NCBI RefSeq assembly: GCF_001194135.2 | Contig: NC_068999.1 | Location: 53,516,122-53,580,121 of the forward strand | Reading direction: 5' to 3' | Length of the DNA: 64,000 bases | Origin: Octopus bimaculoides | Taxonomy: Eukaryota | Shown here: piece by piece, positions 1 through 11,960 of the stretch | How the letters are laid out: each line of letters starts with the position of its first letter | How positions within the stretch are numbered: the first letter of the stretch is position 1 | Notes under the pieces: generated by a model | The model's database searches: none | What the model was told of the DNA's origin: nothing | The model's input: only the letters and a program-made list of their open reading frames with translations | Position numbers and translations under genes: made by a program

Positions 1-293
1 ATTGATTCGCTCCCTAATTAGTTGGGCTATGACCCTCTCTGTAACTTTCATAACCTGATCTAACAGCTTGATGCCTCTGTAATTATTTGTATCTAAAGCG
101 TCACCTTTACCTTTGTAGCAGTTGACTATGATGCTGCTACACCAGTCATTGGGTATGACTCCTTCGTGTATCACCTGGTTCGTAATACGGGTGACTAGGC
201 TATAGCCAACACTGCCAGATATTTTGAGCATCTCTGCAGTGATTCCTGATGGGCCGGGGGCTTTCCCGGTCTTCATACTCTTAATTGCTTTAT
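1..293 (-). mobile_element. RTE-clade LINE reverse-transcriptase fragment, 5'-truncated, continuing off-window; lies in a SAP130 intron
   Basis: The minus strand reads without a stop as KAIKSMKTGKAPGPSGITAEMLK...DWCSSIIVNCYKGKGDALDTNNYRGIKLLDQVMKVTERVIAQLIRERIN. This contains the KAPGPxGI, KGKGD and NYRGIxLL motifs that precede the RT core in non-LTR elements. Confidence 0.9.
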
Positions 294-1096
294 ATATACA
301 TTTTAAGTCACAATATATGGATTCAAGTAATCTTAATGTATCATTGAACAAACCACATAGAATATATAGTAATATGCAAGAAGAAAGGATAAAAATTATT
401 TGCCTGTTTTTGAGCTATGAAACAATTTGTCATGATTATAGGATTTTTGTTAAAAGGTCAATACTTTTCTGTCATTTATGACTTTATATATATATATACT
501 AGACTACCTGTGATTTTACTGCTATTTCTTGTACACCCTGTTACCACGTAACAGGTATTTCGGGTCCTTTATCGCAAATAGCATTTACGTGGTAGCAAGT
601 TGTGCTAGAAATAGCAGCCAAATCTTTGGAAATGAGATAACATTGAATGCACTGGAAAAAAATTATTTCACACCGAGGTTACGAACGGGTCTTTTACGAA
701 ATATTTATGCCGAAAAGAATTTTTGTAATGGTATTCACTTGAAAATAATTTTAAAAGAACACAGAAACATTTTACGTTGTCAAGCCACTGTATAATCGAA
801 TGGTAAGAGTTACTTCCCTTGCGGGTTCAAGTTAATTTCGGAGATTTTTCCCATTATGCACAGTTTTGGGTATTTACACCCCGAAAACCCTTAATATCTT
901 CACAATTATCTGATTCATTCCGCTCGTATTTACATTTCAGGTGGGACTTAATTCATAGTATTTTCCCATTATGCGCCAGTTTGTCCGAGTAACATCACAA
1001 GCAAGCAAGATTCAACATGACTTTTAATGCAGTGTGTGTGGAGGCAAGAAGAAAAAAATTATACAAAAAAGCAAGGGCTGAGGAATTTTTGATAGG

Positions 1097-1690
1097 CGGA
1101 GTGCAGGTGTGGTTGGGAAACTTGCTTCCTAACAATGTGGTCTTGGGTTCAGTTTCACTTCATTGCACCTTGGGCAAGTGTCCCTACCATAGCTCCAGGT
1201 CAACCAAAGCCTTGTGAGTGAATTTGACAGGCGGAAACTGAAAGTGGTCCATCAGTTAGGCGTCATTTCACTTGTATTTTTTAGGCTTGGTTTCTATGTC
1301 TGGGCGGCCTTTCCAGCACCAACCATTTTATGGAATCGACTGGCTTTCTTTCATGACACTAGCACTAAAGATGTAGCTATGTTCTCAACTTATCTAAAGA
1401 CACTTCTTTACCTCATGTGCTTGCTTGCTTGCCAACCTTTTTACAGGATGAGAAGCATGAGTGACAGAGATATGTATGTGTGTCTGTGTTTGTCCCCCCC
1501 AACCATCGCTTGACAACTGATGCTGGTGTGTTTACATCCCCATAACTTAGCGGTTCGGCAAAAAGAGACCGACAGAATAAGTACTAGGCTTACAAGGAAT
1601 AAGTCCTGGGGTCGATTTGCTCGACTAAAAGCGGTGCTCCAGCATGGCCACAGTCAAATGACTGAAACAATTGAAAGAGTAAAAAGGGTG
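1097..1690 (+). mobile_element. Composite tRNA-derived SINE, family A (interrupted by about 200 bp of other sequence)
   Basis: Head gtgtggttggg...gggttcagtttcact...caccttgggcaagtgtc and tail gtttgtcccc...gtcctggggtcgatttgctcgactaaa...ccagcatggccacagtcaaatgactgaaac, both matching the 59637 copy. Confidence 0.85.
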
Positions 1691-2028
1691 GAGATACCCG
1701 GGTTTTCTCACCAATTCCTTCCTGTTCACATATGAAACTACTGTGGAGAGATATTAGAGACAGCAGAGTTTGACATCTTCTCAGAGCTTTTCTCTCTCAA
1801 GAAAGACCGTTTGAAAAACTGGATTGACCACTCCCCACTGCAAGTTCACTGTTGCTCTTTTTGTTGATCTTATGCATATGTGTGTCTGCACGCAGATATC
1901 ATTCTGCAGCACATTCACAGCCAAAACATGTAAAAGACTCTGTGTGTGTGTGTGTGTGAGAGAGGGAGAGAGACCGAAAGTGAAAGAACTGAGTAGTGAA
2001 GTCGAAGAGCTCTGATCATGCAACTCAC

Positions 2029-2147
2029 CGTCTTTAACTTCAGATTTTATCTCCCTTGACTTGTACTCTTTACTTTCTTCCATCTTGTCCAGCTTGTCGT
2101 ATTCATCATCGGTGGAAGTGTTGTCTTTCAGCTCCTCATTGGCATTC
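2029..2147 (-). CDS. SAP130: SAP130 coding exon (L/NANEELKDNTSTDDEYDKLDKMEESKEYKSREIKSEVKD/G); last exon visible in this window
   Basis: Acceptor cctcttttcag| and donor |gtgagt; phase 2 in, phase 1 out. NTSTDDE matches the vertebrate SAP130 TNSTDDE motif that follows SPRKKPRKQ. Confidence 0.92.
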
Positions 2148-2458
2148 CTGAAAAGAGGGGAGGGAAAACAAAAAAGTTGAACATACAGCCTGACAGGGAA
2201 TGAAATACTATTCCACCACTTAAACTCAACAATCAAATTAAATTTTGTCAATATTTCAATTGGGAACACAGCATTCCAAAGCCTGGACCCGAAATATAAC
2301 AATATTTTGCTTTGGCAAAATTGATAAAAAGTTGGTTGCCTTAATTCTGGGACACCCTGTTGTGTGTGTGTGTGTGTAGGTAAAGAGAAATAACCTCACA
2401 GATGGGGATTTTTTCATTTTTATTAATGCATTGCTACATGTTTTGGCAGATATATATA

Positions 2459-2489
<31 letters not shown>

Positions 2490-2744
2490 TAATGGATGAC
2501 AAAGGAAAAGGGGTTATGTAATCACCTTTATTAGCTTACAACCGTTTCTGCTGTAAGAATCAACAGTAACCTAATGGGGGTGATTAGATAACACATTTTC
2601 TTTCATCATTCATTAATTGATAGTACACTGTACTCTCCTGGCATTTTCATTCTAAAGCATAAATATAACTGAGTTGTAACAATTGGTTATTAGTACCACT
2701 ATGCCTAAGCAAAATCACAATATATACACACATAAAATACTTAC

Positions 2745-2841
2745 AACATTTGTTTACGTGGTTTCTTGCGAGGTGAAGCTTCAACATTGTTTTGTAGATT
2801 AGGTAGAATTGAAGTGGACAGCAATGACGATGAAACGACAC
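2745..2841 (-). CDS. SAP130: SAP130 coding exon (G/VVSSSLLSTSILPNLQNNVEASPRKKPRKQM/L)
   Basis: Acceptor ctgtctttcag| and donor |gtaagt; phase 1 to 2. It contains ASPRKKPRKQ, a motif I recognise as diagnostic of SAP130. Confidence 0.93.
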
Positions 2842-3544
2842 CTGAAAGACAGAGGTTTACAATATGACTTCAGATGACAAATCAAAGAAAATTCTTTAAT
2901 AATTTTTATATGAACCTGCACGAGACCACTCCAAGATCAATGTTACAATCTCCCAATTCTAAAGCGCTTTAAATTAAAACCTTCCATTGAAATATCGTGT
3001 TAACTATGTCCTAAACAAATGCTTAATAACAACGATGCTACCATCAACCTAATTACACCCACAAAGCTTGCATCTCCCTGAAGCAGTGGTAAAAGACACC
3101 TGCCCAACAAGCAATGTTGTGGAAACATCATGACTGTGAAACAAACTACTTTAACATTCACCAACCCTGCACATTTATAAACATAAACAATTAATGTTAA
3201 CAATTAATAGCCTCATTACTATTAGTAGTAGTAATAAATTAATAAGTGCACAATAGTATTTTATCGCATCCCTTTCCATCCAAGTTGGAATTTAGCTGGC
3301 TTTCATCTACCTAGGACTGATAAAATACATACCCAAAATATACTGAACTTGATAAAATCAGATATAAACCTACCCATTTTATAAGCAGGATCTATGTCTA
3401 GCTTGCAATCACTGGCAACATCATTAGAGAGGGAGACAAAATGTGTTGTAATATTTCAGCAGCACTTTAGCAAACCTTAACAACAACTAATGCAATAAAA
3501 ACAGAGGAAGGGAGCTGTGGTAGAAAATAAATAAGTAGACATAC

Positions 3545-3666
3545 CATTTTGTTCATGGGTCTCCAAGCAATCACTCTGGTTCCTGCAGTCCCCAATTGAT
3601 GTTGGAGTAATGGTGCTTCCTGCTTCAGTAGATAAGGCAGTGTCTGTAGAACTCTGGCTATTGTCA
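3545..3666 (-). CDS. SAP130: SAP130 coding exon (DNSQSSTDTALSTEAGSTITPTSIGDCRNQSDCLETHEQN)
   Basis: Acceptor ggtgtattgcag| and donor |gtatgt; phase 2 to 1, which joins both neighbouring exons in frame. Confidence 0.85.
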
Positions 3667-5210
3667 CTGCAATACACCAAAGGGCTATAAAAATTAATGG
3701 TTTCTCTTAATTCTTGGGTTAAGGGAAATTTGGAAATCAATTGCATAAATTTTATAATATATATTTTAACAGAAAACTAAGCAGGTATTAGAAGTTTTGT
3801 AAAGCATAAGGGAGAGAGTATTTGAAAAGAAGCAACTATTTGAACTCCATGTAATGAACCATAAAAAGAGAGATTTTGAAATCTATTATTTTATTAGCCA
3901 ATAGGAATTGAAGTTAATAGAAAAGATAGATTAATAATTAGCTAAGCAGACTCATGCAACTTTATCTGGGATTTGCTGAGACCCAAATGCTTTGGATTTT
4001 TAATTCTTTTCCAATATGCAAGGAAACTGCTGAATTTAAGCATCAAAACAATAATTGCCATGATAACAGTGAATGCAGCTCAATTGTTGTAACACTGTAT
4101 CATGTTGCAAACGGCTGTTTGATGCCACATGGTCTTAACAAAATACATGGCGACACAGCTGAGTAATAGTGTGGCTGTAGTGCTATATATAAGCAGAGCT
4201 TGATTCATTGGTGTCATTTACACCAAGCACATTTAACACCCATACTCCATGCTTGCATGGGTTAGATGATTCAACAGGGATCAGCTACCTAAAGGGCTAC
4301 GTCGATCTCCAATATCCGCTTTGATAAGGTTTCTACAGTTCGATGCCCTAACACCACTCACTTCACAAAGTATACTGGGTGCTTTTGTTGTCACCAATTA
4401 TAGTGAGGTTACCAAGTAACTCACAAGACAAGACACCTTGACAGAGTGAAGGTGACTTTGTGGCAGGTGTTGAGAGGCTGTATATCTATAAAGCCTAAGC
4501 CTTGATCTATATCACAGATAACAGTCCCACCAGATGTTCTGGTACTTATTCCTGACACAAAAGACCTTGTAGAACATAACATTTTAACCAGAAATTAAAA
4601 AAAAAGTTCAGACAGTGGATTGAACTCAGCTATCTCATTGCCACCAGTTATTTGCCTGGTTGAGGCAGGATGCAAGGAACCACAAAGGCCTCAGTGGTTT
4701 AACAGGTCAGCATCTCAGCTGAACAGCCATCAGCTTGTATAAACACTAATTCCATTAGACACAGCACAGGCCAAGTGACTTATGTAAGGCAGTGAACGCT
4801 GCCTGTTCCATTCCTTCACATGAGAAAGGGGTGGAAAATCGAAATGTTTGAAAGCATTGCAATACTTTCAAATCACCTTAATCAACTCTGAGAGAAAGAA
4901 ATCAGAAAAAATATTCATTTGAATTTCAAATCTCAGAAGAGAATGATAATCAAAAGATTGGTTGAAATTTTGTCTAAAAGTGAAAATTAAGGGAAAAAAA
5001 AACTGAGAAAGTAAGAATTACTAGAGAGTGGGAGGAGAAGGAGGGTTGAAATCATTGATGTTAGTAGAGAATTGTTAATAAGGAGAGGGTGGTCGATGGG
5101 AAGGTGAAAGTAAGTTTAGCTAGACTCAGTTACAGTAAAGGGGAAGCCTATAGTATTCTAATGTTAAAGGAGTTATTTTCTTTTTTCTTTTCACAAAGCA
5201 ATCAACTTAC

Positions 5211-5333
5211 CCAGCTGGAGTTTTCGGAGAACTTGTATTGGACTGAGGTATGGAATCTTGTCTTGGACTCTGAGTGATTTCAGTTGAGCTTGAAGAGTGT
5301 AATCCAAATGATTTCTTCACACTGACAGCAGCA
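5211..5333 (-). CDS. SAP130: SAP130 symmetric 123-nt exon (G/AAVSVKKSFGLHSSSSTEITQSPRQDSIPQSNTSSPKTPA/G)
   Basis: Long poly-T tract plus aatttcag| acceptor and |gtaagt donor; phase 2 to 2, so it preserves frame. Confidence 0.85.
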
Positions 5334-5704
5334 CTGAAATTAAAAAAAAAAAAAAAAGGACTAATTAGGTGATAGAATTTAGGTAAAATAAAACATAAAA
5401 CATTCCACAGAAAGCAAACATTCAGCAACTTTTTCTCTGCTCATTATGTAAGTCCAACTTGCTGATAGCAACAGATAATCATTAGATAGACCACATACGT
5501 TGTCTACTTTTCCATGATTGCTTGGGTCAGACAGAATTTATTGAGACAGATTTCCTATGGCCATATGGCCTTCCTGTCACCAACCCATACCTGTTTCCCA
5601 GCAAGGTAATATTTCCTATGGCCAGATATGTTTTTGAAGGAAGACTGGAAACAGACGACATAGTATGATGCTCGTTTACAATCATCACATTGTCATGACA
5701 AGGG

Positions 5705-6060
5705 TACACACATACCACATGGTTAAGAAGTGAATTCCATATCCCAACTGGGTTCAGTTCCACTGCATGGCACTTTGGGCAAATGTCTTCTACTATAGTC
5801 CAGAGCTGACCAAAGCCTTGTAAGTGGATTTGGTAGAAGGAAACTGAAAGAAGTTTGTTGTATACATGTGTATCTTTGTCCCACACCACCACTTGACAAC
5901 CGATGTAAGTGTGCTTATATCTCCATAGCTTAGTGGTTCAACATAAGAGATCAATACAATAAGTACCAGGCTTTACAAAAAAGTACTGGGGTTGATTCAT
6001 TCAACTAAAAATAAATCCTTGACGATGGTGCCCCAGCATGGCTGCAACAAAAGATAAAAG
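5705..6060 (+). mobile_element. Family A SINE, degenerate full-length copy
   Basis: Same head, core and tail blocks as the 59637-60035 copy. Confidence 0.8.
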
Positions 6061-6404
6061 ATGCAACCATTCCAGCATATGTGCATAAGCTAATCCAGAC
6101 TATGACTAGCTCAGATGCCTTAATTCTCAAGACGAAAATAATCACCTCACACTTCAAAAATATCCCTCTATACTGTCTTAGCATCTTTCTTCTATCCAAA
6201 TATTAATTTATTCTCTTACATTGCATTCCCTTACATCTCTCTCTCTCTCTTTCACTCACTCTCACACATACACACAACAACAGGCTGACTACATTCATGC
6301 AAGCCAGTTCCAAAGGGCCCATTACTGCAAGCAACTTTTCCTTCAGACACTAAAAGTGTGCAGCACTCGAAAATAAAAGTAAGAAAATCAAAATGAAGCC
6401 TTAC

Positions 6405-6576
6405 CCATCGTTGGGTCTCTTGCGAAGAATACTTGGTCTCGGTGAAGAATTGTTGATATTTGGAGTGTTAGTGTTATTGGGGAGACTACTAGGAGCCTGC
6501 TGTATGAGGGCAGCTCCACTCAAAATGCTGACAGGGGTTGGTGCTGAACAACTCACAATCTCAGCTGTTGGAGTCA
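6405..6576 (-). CDS. SAP130: SAP130 coding exon ending NNSSPRPSILRKRPND/G
   Basis: Acceptor catgttttag| and donor |gtaagg; phase 1 to 2. SPRPSILRK.P.DG matches vertebrate SAP130 SPRPSILRKKPATDG. Confidence 0.93.
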
Positions 6577-6873
6577 CTAAAACATGTAGAAGAGGAACAA
6601 AAAAATGAAAACTCATTCACAGCTCAACTTGGAAATCTGAGAAATATTTAAGGACAGAAAATATTAAAATATTATGAAACAGGAATAGTGATTCCACTTT
6701 AAACATTTACTGCTGAAGGTGTTATTGGTTTAATTCAACTAGTTCAACCCTATGGCTACCCAGACTGTTTTACCAAAATGTAGTCATTTTAAACTTGATG
6801 GTGGCGATGACGACAACGATGGTGGTGGTGGTTAAAACAAAGAGAAAAAAAAAAAAGGAAAAGATAAACTCAC

Positions 6874-7098
6874 TTTCTTGCGTGGCTGTTACTACAGGAG
6901 TGGTGGTGTTTGCTGTCATCGTGGTGCTGACAGCCTGTGCTGGAGTGTATTGAGACGTCACAGGAAACGAACCTCGCAGGGGATCAACAGCGACTAGCAT
7001 AGAGTTAACATGCATAGCAGAGGTGTTCTGAGTCAGGTTCATACAGTGACCGCCAGCTGTTGGTAGTGTGGTAGAGTAGTTAGCAGTATTACTCGATA
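6874..7098 (-). CDS. SAP130: SAP130 coding exon (SSNTANYSTTLPTAGG...TTTPVVTATQE)
   Basis: Acceptor ttattatttag| and donor |gtgagt; phase 1 to 1; S/T/A-rich and in frame with its neighbours. Confidence 0.85.
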
Positions 7099-7647
7099 CT
7101 AAATAATAAAATAACAACAGCAATAATAATGATGGAGACACACTGGCACAAAGCCACAACATTTTTTAGTCTAGGTGTTATGTCAATTAAATTGCACTTT
7201 TCTTTTATAGTCTACTTAGAAAGGAGAGCAATGTCCATGCCTCTTTCAGGACCTCCAAGAGATGAGAGGGAAGGAGGGAAAAATGTGACTAAATTGGAGA
7301 CCTTGCCTGAATGTATACAACAGAGTGGACACTGCTAAAAGCATGCAAGGTGTCATGTACTGATGTTAAATGGGACAACAGATTAGGTCTACCACCCATG
7401 TAAGCCATGGTGGAATTTGAACTCAGAATGCAAAGAGCTGGAACAAATACTGCAAGGCATTCTTATGAATCACCTCAGTATATTACTAGTGCTTTGGCAG
7501 GATTTAAACTTAGAACATAAAGAGCCATGAGACACCAGATTTGGCTGGTTTAAACATGAAACAAGTAGAATATTTGCTCTGGTTATGGCTGGTTTAAATG
7601 GTAAAAAGGTAAAAATAATAATCGGAAAGCAAAAGAGGAAAACTTAC

Positions 7648-7757
7648 TAATACTTGGCCGAACAGTGGCATGAGACATAGGATAAACAGGGTAGGACATC
7701 TTATAAATCAACTCTGGTTGCATATACTGCTGCATGTGTGGTACAACTGTGGCACGG
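7648..7757 (-). CDS. SAP130: SAP130 coding exon (RATVVPHMQQYMQPELIYKMSYPVYPMSHATVRPSI)
   Basis: Acceptor tttcttttaattgacag| and donor |gtaagt; phase 2 to 1. It is required to reconcile the phases of the flanking exons. Confidence 0.85.
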
Positions 7758-7940
7758 CTGTCAATTAAAAGAAACAAACAAAAAATCAACACAATTCATA
7801 TAATGTCAAGTATCTGCACATAAAGGTTGGCAACAAGAAGCACACCCAGCCACAGAAGTTCTGTCTAACTCATGTCAACACAAAAAAATAGATGTAAAAC
7901 AAAATGACCATACACACAAGTCTTTTCTCATATCCTTTAA

Positions 7941-8154
7941 CCCTCGAGTATTTGGATTACTGTCAAATGCAACACTCATTCATTCACACTGTTTAAATTA
8001 GTCAGGCATTATCTTGTAGCTTTGAGATTTCACTGATGTGATTGTTTATGTTTTGAATGACATTGTAGGGTAGGTATGGGAGGCCAGATTTGGTTGGTTT
8101 GAGTATAAAACAAGGATATCTGGGCCAGATATGGCCGGTTTAAATGCTAAAAGG
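7941..8154. mobile_element. piggyBac-like MITE (TTAA-flanked), reversed relative to the 11961 copy
   Basis: ttaa|ccctcgagtatttgg...aaatgctaaaagg|ttaa. Confidence 0.75.
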
Positions 8155-8171
8155 TTAAAAAACCCACTTAC

Positions 8172-8433
8172 CCTTCTTGTCTGTTGTCAGTGTGTGTAAC
8201 AGTAGGGTTACCACTTGATATAGTGGTGGCCAAAGAAGTACAACCTGCTGATGCTCTTGGGGCCTGGGCAGGGATGAAGTAGTTGTTGGTGGCAGCAGTC
8301 TGGGTTGGTTGACCATGGCTTTGGCTATCAGATCGCGTTTCCTGGTTTATGGGGTGCACTGCTGCTGCCGCTGCCGCTGCTGCAGCCTGCGTGATGTGTG
8401 ATGACGCTTGTTGACGCTGTGGTGTCACTTTAG
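8172..8433 (-). CDS. SAP130: SAP130 coding exon (A/KVTPQRQQASSHITQAAAAAAAAAV...HTDNRQE/G)
   Basis: Acceptor tttccccttcag| and donor |gtaagt; phase 1 to 2. The junction SIPI/AKVTPQ resembles vertebrate TIPVAKVVPQ. Confidence 0.88.
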
Positions 8434-9004
8434 CTGAAGGGGAAATAAATACATTTTTAGACATTCCAAGAAATCAAATACTCGTAACATACACACAACA
8501 ATAAGATCAACTGTGTCACCATTCAACCATGGCAGCTGACCTATAATACAGAGGTCAACAAACAGATTTTCCAGAAGACTAAACCTGTTGTGCATGAGCA
8601 AATGAAGGAACCTCCACACACTTCAAATTTTGCTAGAGATAGCAACTAAGTCATATCATATTGTCTTAGTTGACCTAGGGCTAAACAGTGTACTATACAT
8701 GTTATTAACTGTGGATGAAGACGACACTGTATATTCTATATCATTGTTGCTGCATTTAACTTGGCACAAACCGACCCACAACAAACACAGAGGTTGCTAA
8801 ACATGGTACTTGAAAAGTGATCTGTAGTCTCCAACACATTACACACACCACTTAGACTGGAATTGTATCAAGAAATTGCTAAAATATTTTCTGTATTGTA
8901 GAAGTATAAGCAATTTATTGCACGTAATTTTTAATAACTAAATCTTATATGGCCCCCCTGTTGAGAACCACTGATATATAGAGAGAGGTGACTGAAAATG
9001 TTTA

Positions 9005-9166
9005 GCAGGCATGGCTGTATGGTAAGAAACTCGCTTCCCAATCACATGGCACCGGGTTCAGTCCCACTGCATGGCACCTTGCACAAATGTCTTCTACTAT
9101 AGTCTTGGACTGACCAAAGCCTTGTAAGTGGATTTGGTAGACAGAAACCAAAAGAAGCCCATTGAG

Positions 9167-9199
<33 letters not shown>

Positions 9200-9415
9200 T
9201 TGTGTGTATGTATGTCTGTGTGTGGTCTTTGTTTGTCCCACCATTACTTGACAACCAGTGTTGGTGTGTTTACGTCCCCATAACTTAGCAGTTTGGCAAA
9301 AGAGTCTGATAGAATAAGTACTAGGCTTTAAAAAAGTCCTGGGGTCGATTTGCTCAACTAAAACCCTTCGTGGTGGTGCTCCAGCATGGCCACAGTCAAA
9401 TGACTGAAACATACT
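9005..9415 (+). mobile_element. Family A SINE, full length with internal (TG)n
   Basis: A-box-like tggctgtatgg, B-box-like ggttcagtccc, ccttgcacaaat core, (TG)n at about 9166-9220 and the conserved tail. Confidence 0.9.
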
Positions 9416-9551
9416 GTCCAAAGAAACAGGATACAAGTACAGTAACAAGAGATCACATTACTATGATGTTGATGTGGCTCCAAGATATGTCTATGTATGT
9501 TAACTTACTCACATGGCAATAAAAGTCGCAAGGACAAAGACAGATACTCAC

Positions 9552-9668
9552 CAATTGGTATGGATGAAGGTATTGATGTCGTAGACGTCGTGGCTGTGGT
9601 TGAGACTGCAGCAGCTTGGGTAACAGAACTGCTGGACGTGGCAGCTGGTTGGTTAGGCATGCTGATCG
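9552..9668 (-). CDS. SAP130: SAP130 coding exon (A/ISMPNQPAATSSSSVTQAAAVSTTATTSTTSIPSSIPI)
   Basis: Acceptor ttgtttgtttcaatag| and donor |gtgagt; 117 nt, phase 1 to 1. Confidence 0.85.
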
Positions 9669-10134
9669 CTATTGAAACAAACAATTTTACAATTAACCCT
9701 TTGGTATTCAGATTATTTCGTTAAATGTTTGTGCATTCACATTGTTTTCAATTGATTATGCATTATATTGTAGCTTCAAGATTTTAATGTAATTGTAGAT
9801 TTTTAGAACGACACTGTAGGGTCACATACAGCTGACTTGAACATTTACATGTGTGTTTGCAAAAGCAATGTTATAATAACAAGAAGGCCAAGTTGTGTTT
9901 GTACAATGATGACGAGGGAATCCTATAACCCGGTGGTTCCCAAACTATGAGTCGCGACCCACTGAGGGGTCGTGAACGGAATCCTAGTGGGATGCAAAGA
10001 GTTATTAAATTACGCATTAGCTTTGATTAACTGCTGTCTATCAAGATAGTTCAGGGCTCAGGTTTCCAATACCAGACTGGTTGTTTTATCAAGCAGTCGG
10101 CTTTTTTCACAAACTTAACAAATCAGAGGTACTC

Positions 10135-11262
10135 TTTCACTTGTTTCAGTCATTTGACTGCGGCCATGCTGGAGCACCGCCTTTAGTCAGGAAAATCGAC
10201 CCCAGGACTTATTCTTTGTAACCCTAGTACTTATTCTATCAGTCTCTTTTTGCCGAACCGCTAAGTTATGGGGACATAAACACACCAGCATCGGTTGCCA
10301 AGCGAAGTTGGGGGGGACAAACACAGACACACAAACATACACATATATATATATATATATANNNNNNNNNNNNNNNNNNNNNNNNNNNNNNNNNNNNNNN
10401 NNNNNNNNNNNNNNNNNNNNNNNNNNNNNNNNNNNNNNNNNNNNNNNNNNNNNNNNNNNNNNNNNNNNNNNNNNNNNNNNNNNNNNNNNNNNNNNNNNNN
10501 NNNNNNNNNNNNNNNNNNNNNNNNNNNNNNNNNNNNNNNNNNNNNNNNNNNNNNNNNNNNNNNNNNNNNNNNNNNNNNNNNNNNNNNNNNNNNNNNNNNN
10601 NNNNNNNNNNNNNNNNNNNNNNNNNNNNNNNNNNNNNNNNNNNNNNNNNNNNNNNNNNNNNNNNNNNNNNNNNNNNNNNNNNNNNNNNNNNNNNNNNNNN
10701 NNNNNNNNNNNNNNNNNNNNNNNNNNNNNNNNNNNNNNNNNNNNNNNNNNNNNNNNNNNNNNNNNNNNNNNNNNNNNNNNNNNNNNNNNNNNNNNNNNNN
10801 NNNNNNNNNNNNNNNNNNNNNNNNNNNNNNNNNNNNNNNNNNNNNNNNNNNNNNNNNNNNNNNNNNNNNNNNNNNNNNNNNNNNNNNNNNNNNNNNNNNN
10901 NNNNNNNNNNNNNNNNNNNNNNNNNNNNNNNNNNNNNNNNNNNNNNNNNNNNNNNNNNNNNNNNNNNNNNNNNNNNNNNNNNNNNNNNNNNNNNNNNNNN
11001 NNNNNNNNNNNNNNNNNNNNNNNNNNNNNNNNNNNNNNNNNNNNNNNNNNNNNNNNNNNNNNNNNNNNNNNNNNNNNNNNNNNNNNNNNNNNNNNNNNNN
11101 NACACACAACGGGCTTCTTTCAGTTTCTGTCTAACAAACCCAACCACAAGGCTTTGGTTGGCCTGAACCTATAGTAGAAGACATTTGCCCAAGGTGTCAT
11201 GCAGTGGGACTGAACCCAGAACCATGTGGTTGGGAAGCAAGCTTCTTACCACACAGCCACTC
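10135..11262 (-). mobile_element. Family A SINE in reverse orientation, with an assembly gap in its internal microsatellite
   Basis: Reverse-complement tail at 10135-10340, then (TA)n, Ns at 10362-11101, (CA)n and the reverse-complement head to about 11262. Confidence 0.9.
10362..11101. other. Assembly gap (740 N); other gaps at 13883-13946, 31501-31871, 60991-61279 and 63122-63810
   Basis: N runs; all poly-X ORFs in the track are artefacts of these gaps. Confidence 0.99.
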
Positions 11263-11459
11263 ATATCTCATCACCATCATTCAATGTCCATTTTCCATGC
11301 TAGCATAGGTGGGATGATTTGACAGGTTCTGGCAAGCCAGAAGACTGCACCAGGCTTCACTGTCTGATTAAGCATGGATTTTACGGTTGGATGCCCTTCA
11401 TAATGCCAACCACCTTACAGAGTGAACCCTCTGTGTGTTTGTGTATGTATGTGTATGTG

Positions 11460-11493
<34 letters not shown>

Positions 11494-11727
11494 AACAATA
11501 AGCTTCCACAGTTTCTAACTACCGAATTCACTCACAAGACAGATTGGCCTGGGGCTATAGTAAAAGACATTTGCCTCAGTGCCACACAGTGGGACTGAAC
11601 TCAAAACTACAGGGTTGCAAAGCAACATTCTTAACAACACAGCCATATCTGTCTATATCACAATGCACATACAAAATTGCTCAGATTTAAAAAAAAAGAG
11701 ATAAATAAACAATCAAGATTCACTTAC

Positions 11728-11811
11728 CTGCTAAGGTCTTGGTAGCCATTGATTTCGATGCCTCCTTGGTCAGATCAACTAACTGGTTAACAGTATTCCA
11801 CTTAGCACCAC
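11728..11811 (-). CDS. SAP130: SAP130 coding exon (G/GAKWNTVNQLVDLTKEASKSMATKTLA)
   Basis: Acceptor ttgtttcag| and donor cag|gtaagt; 84 nt, phase 1 to 1, open frame. Confidence 0.75.
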
Positions 11812-11960
11812 CTGAAACAACATCAAATGTGACCCATAGGCCATGGTCAGGTTTTTGTTATTGAATTATAATCAATTCTTACATATCACATAACAACTGT
11901 ATAAATTTTAACAATGGCAAATGCTATTTTAACCAAGACAAAATACAGAAGCAACATTAG

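Noticed and set aside
10187-11174. Long ORFs of 279-306 aa, and similar ones at 31.5, 60.8 and 63 kb
   Set aside because: They consist of X residues from N gaps plus microsatellite translation.
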